Positions 35,090 to 45,400 of a stretch of 54,624 bases of DNA are shown one piece after another. How positions within the stretch are numbered: position 1 is the stretch's first letter; each line of letters begins with the position of its first letter. The translations under genes were made by a program, and so were the position numbers. This DNA comes from Sulfuritalea sp. GTDB lineage: Bacteria; Pseudomonadota; Gammaproteobacteria; Burkholderiales; Rhodocyclaceae. A model generated the notes under the pieces. It did not search any database. It saw only the letters and a list, made by a program, of their open reading frames with translations, and was not told where the DNA came from. The stretch covers positions 1 to 54,624 of the forward strand of contig JALHNN010000001.1 of assembly GCA_022843505.1 (NCBI GenBank), given 5' to 3'.

Positions 35090-35508
35090 GGGAGTGCGGG
35101 ATGAGAGTGATCTTCATTCCAGTATTTGCCGCCAAATATGCGGACGGCGCGGTAGGCGACGGCGCGAATATCCCAGCGTGCGCCGGCCTCTTTCATGGCT
35201 TCAAGGAACACGTCGTCGGCCTGCTTTCTGGTGTATTTCTGACCGGTGGCCATGACCCCCTTCCAATTGTAAAGAGCGTCGTGGGGGATAGACGGGTATA
35301 GGACGCAGGGATCGTCAGGATCGACATATTGCCACGCGATCCTGGGAATGCTGGCGAAGTCGGTCTCAAAGCCGGCCGGCACCGTGAAGGTACCAAGGGC
35401 CTCGGATCGGTAGATGAAATCCTGTGTCAGAATCCACCGCTGGCGCTTCCCGGTCTCGCCCGGCGGAACGGCGTCGATGCTTAGGGTGGACAGGAATCGT
35501 TTGGTCAT
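35086..35508 (-). CDS. DUF1353 family protein
   Basis: 'VPAGFETDFASIPR...HDALY...RKQADDVF...YRAVRIFGG'. Confidence 0.9.
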   Translation of the reverse strand: MTKRFLSTLSIDAVPPGETGKRQRWILTQDFIYRSEALGTFTVPAGFETDFASIPRIAWQYVDPDDPCVLYPSIPHDALYNWKGVMATGQKYTRKQADDVFLEAMKEAGARWDIRAVAYRAVRIFGGKYWNEDHSHPALP

Positions 35509-35846
35509 TTCGGGAAGGGAGGGGAGGTGCCGTTGGTCTGGGCCACGGAAGGCCGCACAAAAGCGATGATGGCCACGCAGCCGGGTTGAAGGACGCGGCA
35601 AGCAGCCTCTACGTAGACCCAGCTTTGCTCCCGGGACACGTCCGCCAGGGCTTGCAGGGAGGCCGCCGTGGCGTACAAGAAGGCCATCGCATAGGCCAGA
35701 GAGTGCTTGGCCGCATGGATGGCAAGGCCACCGATCACGGAAGACACCAAGGGGCTCAGTTCATTCCTCACCTGCCGTGCGACAAGGAGCATGACCAGCA
35801 GGGCAATCAGCGGCCAGACCAACGGGGGAACGTCGAGGATGTCCAT
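35505..35846 (-). CDS. Holin-like membrane protein
   Basis: 113 aa, about three hydrophobic segments. Confidence 0.5.
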   Translation of the reverse strand: MDILDVPPLVWPLIALLVMLLVARQVRNELSPLVSSVIGGLAIHAAKHSLAYAMAFLYATAASLQALADVSREQSWVYVEAACRVLQPGCVAIIAFVRPSVAQTNGTSPPFPK

Positions 35847-35847
35847 T

Positions 35848-36402
35848 TCAGGGTGGGTTGAAGGCGCCTAGTTCGATGCCAAGAATGACTTCCTTGAACT
35901 CAGCCAGTGGCCTGATCCTGAACGGCCCCGCGTCAAACTGGGGCTCAATGATGAAAATTCCCCTGTCCGTGGCGACGCCCACCATGGAGTGCCGCTGATT
36001 GCCCGGGGCGCTGACGGTGATGCGGGCCACAAGGGGGGCGGCGAACACGTTTCCGTCGGCGGCTTTCTTGCTGGCAATCTCCATGAACAAGCCGGCGAAA
36101 TTCTCGCAGTCAAACGAGTTCTTGGTGTATCGCAGTCCGATGGCCATGGCTGCGCTCCACGTCCATGAAGTGTATCGATCCAGCCACTCCTTTGAGACCA
36201 ACGTATAGGAGTCGTCAGAGTAGCTAATTGCCGCCTTGGGGGCGACGGCGCGCGCCTCGGTCAGAACCTGAAGCGCATTAAACTCGCGTGTGTCATCCGG
36301 CTGAATCCACGCTGGGGCGCGTGGAATGGTGATGCTATCGGCGGTCTCGCAGCCGGAGAGAAGGGCAAGAAATGCGAGGAGGATAATAGCTCTGGTAAAC
36401 AC
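35848..36402 (-). CDS. Lipoprotein with papain-like Cys-His motif ('FDCENFA...HS...IEPQ')
   Basis: Lipobox 'LLSGC'; motif like agglutinin-C/transglutaminase-like peptidases. Confidence 0.65.
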   Translation of the reverse strand: MFTRAIILLAFLALLSGCETADSITIPRAPAWIQPDDTREFNALQVLTEARAVAPKAAISYSDDSYTLVSKEWLDRYTSWTWSAAMAIGLRYTKNSFDCENFAGLFMEIASKKAADGNVFAAPLVARITVSAPGNQRHSMVGVATDRGIFIIEPQFDAGPFRIRPLAEFKEVILGIELGAFNPP

Positions 36403-36408
36403 CGTAAA

Positions 36409-37932
36409 TCACGAGCTGACCGATTTGATAACCGTGAACCGGAAAACTGGCTGCTCGGTCGTCGTGCCTCCGGTTGTCGCGAAGGTGATCCGGAAGGAGC
36501 CGGCGGCAATGTTGGTTATGTGCAGCATGTAAAGATCGGTACCAGAAACCTGATTGGGAATGATCGTGTCGGCCGCGCCCACGGCCGAGTTCGTGACTGT
36601 GAACGATTGCCAAGCAGTGGAACCGGCGGCAGAGACGAGGGTGATGGTTCCTGTCACCTTGTTGAGTGTCACTCCGGTTGTCCGGCCGGTGATCTGCGTG
36701 ACCGTGCCGCCCGCGCCGGTGCCGTAGCCAATGCCGGCGGTGGGGGAGGTGGACAGGAGGCCGGCCTTTGACGTGATCTCCCCGGTATTGGCGAAGATCA
36801 TCGCCGAACCGGTGGTGCTGGAACTCCACACCATCGAGTTTGAGCCGTTTAGGAAAAATCCCCAAATGTCTGTTGCGCTACCGGCGTTGCGGAATGACCA
36901 TTGGTTGCCCGTGTTGTTAGTCGCGGACGTGATGAGCGCGGCAGTTGAGCCGGTGGAGGCGATATTGACCTGGCCGCCGAAGTAACTCGGCCCGCCAGCG
37001 TTGCCCGAAAGGCCGATATTTGTCCCCACCCGACCGGCGCCTGATGTGGTGTTTGTCGCCGCAGTTGACGAGTCCATCAACACCGATCCCGTCCCCGTCG
37101 GCGTCAGCGTGATTGACTGATTGGTCCCCGTCGCCGTCAGACCGATGCTGCCGGTCGCGCCGTTGAGGATGCTGCCGGAGGTGCCGAAGGTCAGGTTGCC
37201 CGTTTGGGTTACCCCTCCAGCGTTTCCAACTCGAAACTGGCTCACCCCGCCAACCTGCGCATCGATCAGGCTCTGCGTGCCGCTACCGACGGCTGTTTGG
37301 GTACGGTTGATCAGCAGGTCGGTGTTCGCGGCGGTGCCGGAGGCTTGGTTATAGGTAGGGGTGATGGAGACCCCAACCTGAGTGCCAGAAGTCTGGGCAT
37401 TCGTCTCGCGGCTCAGGCCGAGCGTTCGGAAGATTCCGGTGCCACCCTTGGCGGTGGCCAAGAACGCCGTGTTTCCGGACCACAACGCCTCCAGCCGCTC
37501 AAAATTCGTTGTCTGATCCGCCGTGTTGTACAACTGGAGTCCGGCGGTCGCCGTACTGGGAAGCCGGACGCCCCCTCCTGCTGTGTTCAGGTTGATGGCC
37601 CCCGTCGTGCTCGGCGTCAGCGTAATGGACTTGGCTGCCCCTCCCGCCGTCAACGCAATCGACCCGGCGCTACTCACGGCAAAGGCGTCAGGCACCGCCA
37701 GCGTCGTGCCCAGCAGCGTCAGATTGTTGAACGTCGGCGAATCCTCAGTCCCCAATCCAACTGAAGATAGAAACGACGGCAGTGAGCCAGACGTGATCGC
37801 ACTCTGCCCGGGCACGTCACGCTGGATGTTCCCGGTACCCCCCGGATTACGCTGCGAGAGGATGATCGTATTGGCGGCTTGCCCGAACAGCAACGTCGGC
37901 GCAAGGGACAGAAGGAGCAGTAGTTTCTTCAT
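36409..37932 (-). CDS. G/S/T-rich beta-strand fibre-like protein with N-terminal signal peptide
   Basis: MKKLLLLLSLAPTLLFG-Q; C-terminal 'GYGTGAGGTVTQITGRTTGVTLNK' phage fibre-type domain. Confidence 0.7.
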   Translation of the reverse strand: MKKLLLLLSLAPTLLFGQAANTIILSQRNPGGTGNIQRDVPGQSAITSGSLPSFLSSVGLGTEDSPTFNNLTLLGTTLAVPDAFAVSSAGSIALTAGGAAKSITLTPSTTGAINLNTAGGGVRLPSTATAGLQLYNTADQTTNFERLEALWSGNTAFLATAKGGTGIFRTLGLSRETNAQTSGTQVGVSITPTYNQASGTAANTDLLINRTQTAVGSGTQSLIDAQVGGVSQFRVGNAGGVTQTGNLTFGTSGSILNGATGSIGLTATGTNQSITLTPTGTGSVLMDSSTAATNTTSGAGRVGTNIGLSGNAGGPSYFGGQVNIASTGSTAALITSATNNTGNQWSFRNAGSATDIWGFFLNGSNSMVWSSSTTGSAMIFANTGEITSKAGLLSTSPTAGIGYGTGAGGTVTQITGRTTGVTLNKVTGTITLVSAAGSTAWQSFTVTNSAVGAADTIIPNQVSGTDLYMLHITNIAAGSFRITFATTGGTTTEQPVFRFTVIKSVSS

Positions 37933-37956
37933 GGAAGTGGTGGCCCGGTGCAGAGG

Positions 37957-38274
37957 TTAACCAGCGGGGGGCGGCTCCGACTGTGCTTCCTTCTCCTGAA
38001 CCGCAATGGCTGCGACAGCAGCATTGATTTCAGAATACGTGTAAGTCTTCCCGTTGACCTTCACGGTCTTGTCGGAATCAGCCTTCCACGTCACCGACTG
38101 CCAGGGCTGCTGAAAGGTGGTGCCATCGACCACGATTGTCTTCTCAAAGAAGGCCGTGGCCGTCTTTTGCGGCGGGTCCGACTGAATACGGACGAGGACC
38201 TCTGTGACCGTTTGCGAGAAAGCGGAAGCCGCAAGCAGCAGACCCGCGATGATGGCGATGATCAGTTTCTTCAT
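37957..38274 (-). CDS. Secreted hypothetical protein
   Basis: MKKLIIAIIAGLLLAASAFS-Q signal peptide. Confidence 0.7.
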   Translation of the reverse strand: MKKLIIAIIAGLLLAASAFSQTVTEVLVRIQSDPPQKTATAFFEKTIVVDGTTFQQPWQSVTWKADSDKTVKVNGKTYTYSEINAAVAAIAVQEKEAQSEPPPAG

Positions 38275-38345
38275 GGGGATTAGGTGGATTCCTGTTTGGC
38301 TTGCCCCAGCCAAAATAATCGGACAGTCAGAGTCAATAGGTTACG

Positions 38346-38879
38346 ATGTCCCTGATCTTCCACCATGCCCAGCAGCCCCATGGGGGTCATTGGTTTCCGG
38401 ACCCCACCGGCTACGTCATCCGCAGCAAGACGCTGGAGGGATTGGTCAAAGCAGTCTTGGCCTACCGGAAGAGCAACGGGATGCCCCACGGCTCCCCGGC
38501 GGCTGAGGTTGAGCGGTTCTACGCCAAGCAGTTCCCGTGGCTCGTAAACGGACAGACATCGACCACAGAACGCCCGGCAGAAGGCCCTGGTAGATGGATC
38601 AACCAGCTCTGGCGGCTTCCGCCTAAACGCTGGGCGTCAAACCTTGGGCAACGCAGCCGCATGGACCGGTGCCGGGAGTGCCAGCACTTCTCGCCGCTGC
38701 CGAAGATCGATCAGGAGGACATGCGCCGGCTTATTGCCATCGGCGGGGGGCGCCAGGATTCAGATGTCGGATACTGCTCGGCTCACGGCTGGGTCTGTGG
38801 CTTGGCCGCGTGGATCGAAAGTCCCGAAACCCCAAGGGAGGCCGAGGGCTGCTGGGTTGAAAGACCTGGGTTGAGATAG
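38346..38879 (+). CDS. Cys-rich hypothetical protein
   Basis: 'PHGGHWF', 'RCRECQH', 'YCSAHG', 'CWV'. Confidence 0.65.
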   Translation: MSLIFHHAQQPHGGHWFPDPTGYVIRSKTLEGLVKAVLAYRKSNGMPHGSPAAEVERFYAKQFPWLVNGQTSTTERPAEGPGRWINQLWRLPPKRWASNLGQRSRMDRCRECQHFSPLPKIDQEDMRRLIAIGGGRQDSDVGYCSAHGWVCGLAAWIESPETPREAEGCWVERPGLR

Positions 38880-39376
38880 CCGTCCGTCCATTGCTGCTTG
38901 ATGGACAGGCCATTTACTCCGGTCATCCGGCCGGCTTTGAGGAAGGAGTCGGCTCTATTCAATCCGGTTGCCATCAATCGCTTGGCGGCAGCAATGCACG
39001 CCAGCTTCTGCTCAACGGTGTATTTCGCGGTATTGCGACTAGTGGCCACGTTCTTCCTGCGCGGAATCTCTCCCCGATGCTCCATGAGGTCCTCCTTCTT
39101 TTTGATTGTCCACTGATTGATCCCGGTTTTTCGGACCGCGTACTCCATGCCCTTCTTGCGCTTGAGGAAGATGGCCTCTTTGATCAGGGTCAGTGAGTGC
39201 TTGTTGCGGGCTCGATGGGCAAGAGCCGAACGCCACGAGGCCCCGGTCGGCGCCTTCACGCGCATGGCAGCCACGAACTCTTTGAGGTTTCCCCTGGCAG
39301 ATAACCGCGCCATCTTGCGAAGGGTGGGGGTTTCCTCGACCTTAAACCCGGGCATGATTTCGATTTCGTGATCCAT
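38783..39376 (-). CDS. Basic HTH-like hypothetical protein
   Basis: 'KYTVEQKLACI...AGRMTGVNGLSIKQQW'. Confidence 0.55.
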   Translation of the reverse strand: MDHEIEIMPGFKVEETPTLRKMARLSARGNLKEFVAAMRVKAPTGASWRSALAHRARNKHSLTLIKEAIFLKRKKGMEYAVRKTGINQWTIKKKEDLMEHRGEIPRRKNVATSRNTAKYTVEQKLACIAAAKRLMATGLNRADSFLKAGRMTGVNGLSIKQQWTDGYLNPGLSTQQPSASLGVSGLSIHAAKPQTQP

Positions 39377-39393
39377 ATGTTCTCCTTGTTTGT

Positions 39394-41301
39394 TCAGTCG
39401 GTTAAAAGCTCCATTCTGCCCGGCACCCACTCCGGACCGGCCATTGTGTCCGGCACGTCGGCTGTCTTCAGGCTGACCCGCTCAAGATCGCTTTCCTGAT
39501 CTCCCCGGATTTCTTGGATGCCCGGGATCACGTCGCTTCTCCGGCGGATGAACTCCACCAGCATACAGAGAAGGTCGGCCTCGTCGGGAGACATCCCGGA
39601 GTTGCGGGCCCGGTACTCGTCCTTGGGTTCGACCCGGACCCGGCCGCCCTTGACGTTGCGATACCGCCTCGTGGTTATCTGGGTGAACAGCGGCGACGTG
39701 GGCACGTTCTGGTTGACGAGCACGGCGCACACCATCGGATCGAGCCACCGCTTCATGGCATACCACAGCTCGGAGACCTTGCCGTCATACATCTCGTAAG
39801 CCGTCAGCTTGTCCTCGGCCAGCACCTTGTCCTCGCTGGCAGAGGCACCGAAATCGATCCCCAGCACATCGCCCCAAAACTTTGTCGCATGTGACCAAAC
39901 GCCACCCCCCGTCCCGGTCCGGTCCATCCCCACGTCCTCCGGCTTGATTCCAAGTTTGTTGCATCGACCCATCACATCCTGAATTATCTCCACGGTGGAT
40001 GCGGTTTTGCCGAGCGGAAAGATCTGATCGAGCACGGCGACGTACTGGGTGCGGCGCTGGGATTGGTTCAGATTGTCCGTAAACCAAACCGTCTCTCCGG
40101 TGAACGGTCTCCATCCTGCGGCCTCGCCGAACCGGCCAATTCCCATGAGCGCCTTGTCCGAGCCACCGAATGCCGGGTCCACCACGGCGATGTTGCGCAC
40201 AGCTCCGATGTAAATCGGGTCTCCCCTCTGGCTCTGCATCCACGCGGGCGGAACGATGGTCCACGCATTGTCCTGAAGCGGGGGAAACCCCCGCGCCTTG
40301 GACCAGTATTCCGCCGAGTGCTCTCCCGACTTGAGGAAGTTCAGGTATGACTCGTAAGTCATCATGTTCCTGTAGATGCACCGCCTCTGGGTCACGTTCT
40401 CGAACCTCGCGCCATCCAGGCGAAGAACCGGGTAGCCCTGCTTGCTCACCCAGCTGTACAGCTTGTCTACCTGATCGATTTCATAGCCCCCTTCCGGTTC
40501 TGCCATCTGCACCACCTTTCGATCCATCTTGTCCGGGTTGAAGGACATCACGATCTTGATGTTCCCGATCTCTGAATTGATCGACGCCTCCGTGGTCTTG
40601 ATGTCGTTGAACGCGCCCGGCGACACCTCGGATGCCTCGTCAATCAGAATCAGCAGGCGCGTGGACGAGCCGAGGACGGGATGATGGGGCTTGCGGTAGG
40701 TCTTGGGTTTGTGGCCGCGTAGTGCCCCGGTGGATACCTGCGACTGCTTGCAGAGGATGCCCTGAATCCGCATCTCCGGGAGCGCCCCCTTCATGCTGAT
40801 GAACATGTCGGTCTCGTTCACGCTGATGTTGGCCGGGTCGTCGTCCGTCATAGGCATCACTGCGCCGCGATGCAGTGCGCACAGGTGGGAAAACAGATTC
40901 GTATAGAGGGCGGTCTCGCTCGGGGCCGCGAGCTTCACGGCGGTCCAGAACGGGTCCATGCGCCAGAGCAAATAAAACAGGACGCCGCACGAAAAGGTTT
41001 TGGTCAGGCTCGATCCGCCCATGATCAGCAGCTTGCTTTCCTTCAGTACTGCATCGAAAACCTGCTTCACGGGCGACGGCCTGGAGTCGAACATCTCGTT
41101 TCCCCACAAAAGAACGGCCACTTCAAGGAACCTCTCCTGCGCCGCGAGATTCGACTCCAGCGCACGTAGCGCGATCATCGCCTCCGGCCGCGTTTTGACG
41201 CGCTCCCCGCTCCCGTCCGCTGCCAGCGCCAGATTCGCCGCGTCGATCCAGTCCCCGGACAGCATGGCCTCGTGGACGATCTGGATTTGGTCGATGTTCA
41301 T
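39394..41301 (-). CDS. terL: Terminase large subunit
   Basis: Deviant Walker A 'MGGSSLTKT', Walker B 'ILIDEA', 'SFNP', nuclease 'VDPAFGGSD', 'DRTGTGGG', 'SPDEAD'. Confidence 0.85.
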   Translation of the reverse strand: MNIDQIQIVHEAMLSGDWIDAANLALAADGSGERVKTRPEAMIALRALESNLAAQERFLEVAVLLWGNEMFDSRPSPVKQVFDAVLKESKLLIMGGSSLTKTFSCGVLFYLLWRMDPFWTAVKLAAPSETALYTNLFSHLCALHRGAVMPMTDDDPANISVNETDMFISMKGALPEMRIQGILCKQSQVSTGALRGHKPKTYRKPHHPVLGSSTRLLILIDEASEVSPGAFNDIKTTEASINSEIGNIKIVMSFNPDKMDRKVVQMAEPEGGYEIDQVDKLYSWVSKQGYPVLRLDGARFENVTQRRCIYRNMMTYESYLNFLKSGEHSAEYWSKARGFPPLQDNAWTIVPPAWMQSQRGDPIYIGAVRNIAVVDPAFGGSDKALMGIGRFGEAAGWRPFTGETVWFTDNLNQSQRRTQYVAVLDQIFPLGKTASTVEIIQDVMGRCNKLGIKPEDVGMDRTGTGGGVWSHATKFWGDVLGIDFGASASEDKVLAEDKLTAYEMYDGKVSELWYAMKRWLDPMVCAVLVNQNVPTSPLFTQITTRRYRNVKGGRVRVEPKDEYRARNSGMSPDEADLLCMLVEFIRRRSDVIPGIQEIRGDQESDLERVSLKTADVPDTMAGPEWVPGRMELLTD

Positions 41302-41305
41302 GCTG

Positions 41306-41875
41306 CTATGCGTCCACGACGACCTCTTGTTTGTCCGGCGCCTTGCGTTGGCGGCTTCGCGTCCCGGGCCCCACGCTCCCGAGCTGAAGGATGGTCTTCA
41401 TGCGCTCGTCGTAACTCTTGACTGCTGAATTGGTGGCACCCTCGGCAAACCCCCGTGCCATACTGACCGCCAGCGTGGCCATCTCGCTCTGCTTGTTGGC
41501 GGCTCGGGTGATCGCCTTGGGGCTGTAAACAGCCACGGACATGTCCACAAATGTGGACACGGCTGTGGTCAATCTCTGAAGGTCGATGCCTTCCGGCTGG
41601 ACCGTCTCCGCGTCCTGAAGTGCCTTGTCGATGATGGTTCCCATACGGCTGAGGACCACCTGAAGCCGGGCCCTGTTGGCCGCGGCATCGACCGCTACCT
41701 GAAACCTTTTCCCGTCCGGGGCCCGGACAATCAGGTGAGGGGAAAAGGCGTCGAAGTCCTTTTCCGGTACGGCGAGAGCCACGGTCTCGTCGGCTGAGAC
41801 CGAGAGATCGTCAGGGAGGATTTCCTCGTCCAGCAGCGATTCGCTACTGGCTGGCCGGCCCGGGAGGCGCTTCAT
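41306..41875 (-). CDS. Hypothetical; terminase small subunit candidate
   Basis: Directly upstream of TerL. Confidence 0.45.
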   Translation of the reverse strand: MKRLPGRPASSESLLDEEILPDDLSVSADETVALAVPEKDFDAFSPHLIVRAPDGKRFQVAVDAAANRARLQVVLSRMGTIIDKALQDAETVQPEGIDLQRLTTAVSTFVDMSVAVYSPKAITRAANKQSEMATLAVSMARGFAEGATNSAVKSYDERMKTILQLGSVGPGTRSRQRKAPDKQEVVVDA

Positions 41876-42173
41876 CGCGGTTTACAATCGTGAAGCCGGG
41901 GGCTGTGCCGTTGGCCACGCCGGCCTTGAACTGCTCCTTCATCTTCTCGTGCTCCTCCATCTCGCGCTTGGCGATAAACTCGTCCGTCATGGTGCGGGCC
42001 TGGTCCGGCGTCAGGTTGGCGTGCGTGCCCAGGGCCTGCACCGCGACCATGAGATAGGCCACTCGATTCAACGCCCATTCCAGTTTCCGTTCGAGTTCCC
42101 CGATCTTCAGTTCGGCATCCCGGAGTTGCATCCCCGGCGGTTTGATAAGTCCACTACGTCCGTTTAGTTCCAT
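41844..42173 (-). CDS. Hypothetical coiled-coil protein
   Basis: MELNGRSG... Confidence 0.6.
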   Translation of the reverse strand: MELNGRSGLIKPPGMQLRDAELKIGELERKLEWALNRVAYLMVAVQALGTHANLTPDQARTMTDEFIAKREMEEHEKMKEQFKAGVANGTAPGFTIVNRDEAPPGPASQ

Positions 42174-42195
42174 TGCGCCATTCAGACACAGGTAT

Positions 42196-42441
42196 TCAGA
42201 TTTTTCCAGTACAATCCCGAGTCTCGTAAACGCGCCCGAACAGCCCAGGATTGCGCAGCCACCATCCATTGTAAAGGCGGTTGAAGGCTGAGAAGTTGCG
42301 GTTGCGCAGCCACCATCCGAATGAAGTTCCCTCCGGAGACGCTTCGCGATACCGAGCCAAAAGCTGGGGGGCTGGCACCTCCTCGCTGTGCTCGTTGGCC
42401 CAGCGCATGAACTCGGTCTTGTTGGTTTTGGGGGTGGTCAC
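42196..42441 (-). CDS. Hypothetical protein
   Basis: GTGA coupled to the large gene; 'FGWWLRNR...FN'. Confidence 0.55.
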   Translation of the reverse strand: MTTPKTNKTEFMRWANEHSEEVPAPQLLARYREASPEGTSFGWWLRNRNFSAFNRLYNGWWLRNPGLFGRVYETRDCTGKI

Positions 42442-45400
42442 GGGGAGGGGTTGCTTGCCTGTAGCCCCATCTCCACGGCCAACTGTGCGGCCACTTCCTC
42501 GGAGAGAAGCCCCTTCCGCGCCTGATCCCGGATGTAGGCGATCCGTTCATCGGGGGTCATCGACGCAAGCTTTTGGGCGTAATGCTTGGCCCGGAAGCCC
42601 CCACTGATGGCGAATGACCGCTTGATCACCCTGTCCTCGTAGGTCAGGCCCCGAGCGGCATCGGTCAGGCCGTCGCGAATATACCCCTCCACCCTTTCGT
42701 TGATGACCCCCTGATCCTTGTACCGCAAAAACGTCTGCCGCGCTGCGTCAGGCGCAGCAGTCATCTCGTTGACGATGGTGTCGCCAAGATCCTGCTCCTG
42801 GATGCGCTGGTCGGCGCGGCCCCGCTCCGCTTCCTTGGCGGCGTCAAGAAGGGCCTTCGATTCAACGCGCTCGGAACGGAAGAATCTGTTCAGAAGCGGG
42901 CTGCTTTCTCCGGCGGGATTCCCGGGACTCAGTTTCGGGGAGGCGAATTGCCGGCTGAATCCGCCGGTCAATCCCTCCGTGATGTATTGGAGCTTTCCCG
43001 GACTGCGCAACGTGTCGGGGGCCCATGCGGGCAACGCAGCCGCCGTATCCTTGTAGAACTCGGGAGTGGTAGGCGAAAACTGAAGGTGCGGGGACGCAGC
43101 CATGCGGCTCTCTGGCACGATATTTCTACCGGTGTAAAGGCTCGTGTTGAGGCCAACTTCAACCGGAACGCGCAAGGCCGGGTTAACGCCGGACGCCGCT
43201 GACATGGCTCGTTCCCCGAGTGTGTCCCCGCGGATGGAAACGGGAGACATCGTTTCAAGGAAGCCCTCACCGAAGTTCGCCGCCAGCTGCTTGAAAGAGC
43301 CTTCATCGGTGTCCTTGGCGTAGACAATAAAGTCCTCGATGGTGTTGGCGGCCAGACCGGTGAACTCGCGCTTGGGAATGCGGTAGTATCCGCGCAGCGC
43401 AGCACCGTCCCGGTTATTGAAGTAGTATCCGCCGTTCTCGGTCTGAAGAATCGTGGGCTTTCCCTCCGCATCCCTGTAAAGCGGGATGTGGAAGTACCGA
43501 TCACGCTCGTCCTGAGGGATCAGCTTGTAATCCTTCTCGTTCTCGGGGCTGGAGAGATTGTAGACCATTAAACCGGCAGTCGGAATGCCGAGCAATGCCG
43601 TCATCCGGGTCCAGGCCGCGCCGGCATCCTTGGCGTTTCCGCGCCGAAACGGGTTGAGGCGCGCAAAATCGTTGGTCGCACCCTGCCACCTAGGGTTGAG
43701 GAATGGCATGAGTATATTAAGCGGACGCATGGAGACGCCCTTGCGCATGAAGTCGGGAGAACCGGCATAGTTGCGAACCTCGGTCACGATCTCCGCCCAC
43801 TTTCTGGCCCGCTCCGCCGGCGGCAGGCTGTCCAGCCGTTCAATTCGCATGGCGCGCTGAAGGCCCCATATTTTCGTCGTTTCCTCCAGCGTATTGGAGA
43901 GAAGGGCCGCGAGCTTCAGGGGTGCGCCAAGGCCAAAATTATTCGTCACCAGCGTCTCCCCCAGCTTGGCCTCCTTCGGGAGTCGGGCCGTGAACGCCTC
44001 CGGCACCATTTGCCTTGCAAGCGTCGAGTTGGCGGCACCCGAGCGAATCCATTGGTCATACAGCTCTCCGGGAGGAACCCCCACGGCAGCCCCCAAGTTG
44101 CCCTTGGCAGAACTGAACATTGCCTTGGGCCACTCATACAGGGTCCACAGGAAGTCCTTCGGGCTCTTGAAGCCGTACCTGCTTATGATCGAAAGCCTGA
44201 GTGGATCGAACACGAAGGCATTGGAGAGATTGAACGGAATGCTGGCCCCGGTGGCGCCGAACTTGAACAGGGCTGATGCGCGCCCAAGTGAGCGAAGCAG
44301 GATGTCGGTCTCGTTCGCATCCGCACCGTTAAGCGCCGCGGCAATCTTTTTATCAACCTCCAGAGACTTCGGCTGTCCGTTGACCAGATAGTTCACCTTT
44401 TCGTAGCCGATGCGTGGCTTCTCATCGGCGCCGAGATGGCGGACATAGGTGCCCTCCGGGTCGATGCGAGCGAGCGTGGCCAGTTCGCGCATCTTCCGGT
44501 TCTTTTGCGCGAGAATATAGCCCTTGTAAACCTGCTCGGCGGTGACGTTGGTCGGGCTGTCGATCCGAACATCCACGTCGTCAATGCCGGTGATCTTCTT
44601 GACGAGGCTTTCCATCGTCGGGACCCTCCCGGAGCCCGCCCCCTTGACGAACGGGTCGTCCGCCTCGTAGTGCTTCAGCACTTTGAACGGTGCGTAAAAG
44701 TCATTGGACTCGATCACGCGGTCCATCAACTCCTGAGGCATCCGACCCGAATCAACCTGAATTTGCAGGGCGCGGCGAGCAATCGCTTGGTGCTCTCTAG
44801 CGGCCTGCTTTATGCGTGCGAACGCATCGGGTCCAATCTCTTGCTCAAGCTTTGACAGTCCCCTCTGAGCTTCGGCAATGGACCAGTCGCCCACGCGCTT
44901 GCGGTCGTACTCCTCCTTCAGCTTTTTTGTAGCGGACGACAGCGCCTCGCGCTTGGCGATCACGGCAGCGGAATTTCGGACGCCGGGGTTGGCTTGGTTG
45001 GCGGCGGTGGCGGCTGCCAATTCAGCCTGGGCCTTGGCCACCGCGTCGCTTAGGCGGATGTTGTCCTCGCCGGTCTTGATGAGCCGGTCTTCAATGCGGG
45101 CCAATACCAGATAAGAATCAAGATGAGGGACATCATCACGTGGCAGCTTGTCGATCACCCGCTGAAGCAATTCAACCTCCCCCTCGGCCTGAACGGGAGC
45201 ACCCGCCAGTCTCTCAAAGCTGCGCTCAAGATCGTAATAGCGCCCTGGGGAAAACATCCTTCCCGATAACTTCCAAAGGGCTCGCTGCGCCTCTCCAAGC
45301 GGGGCGAACTGCGTGTTGTACCGGTAGCGGAAGTTGCCGTATCCGTCCGAAAGTTTTTGAAACAGGCTGGGTTTGGTCTCTTTCGGCGTCAGCATCTGGG

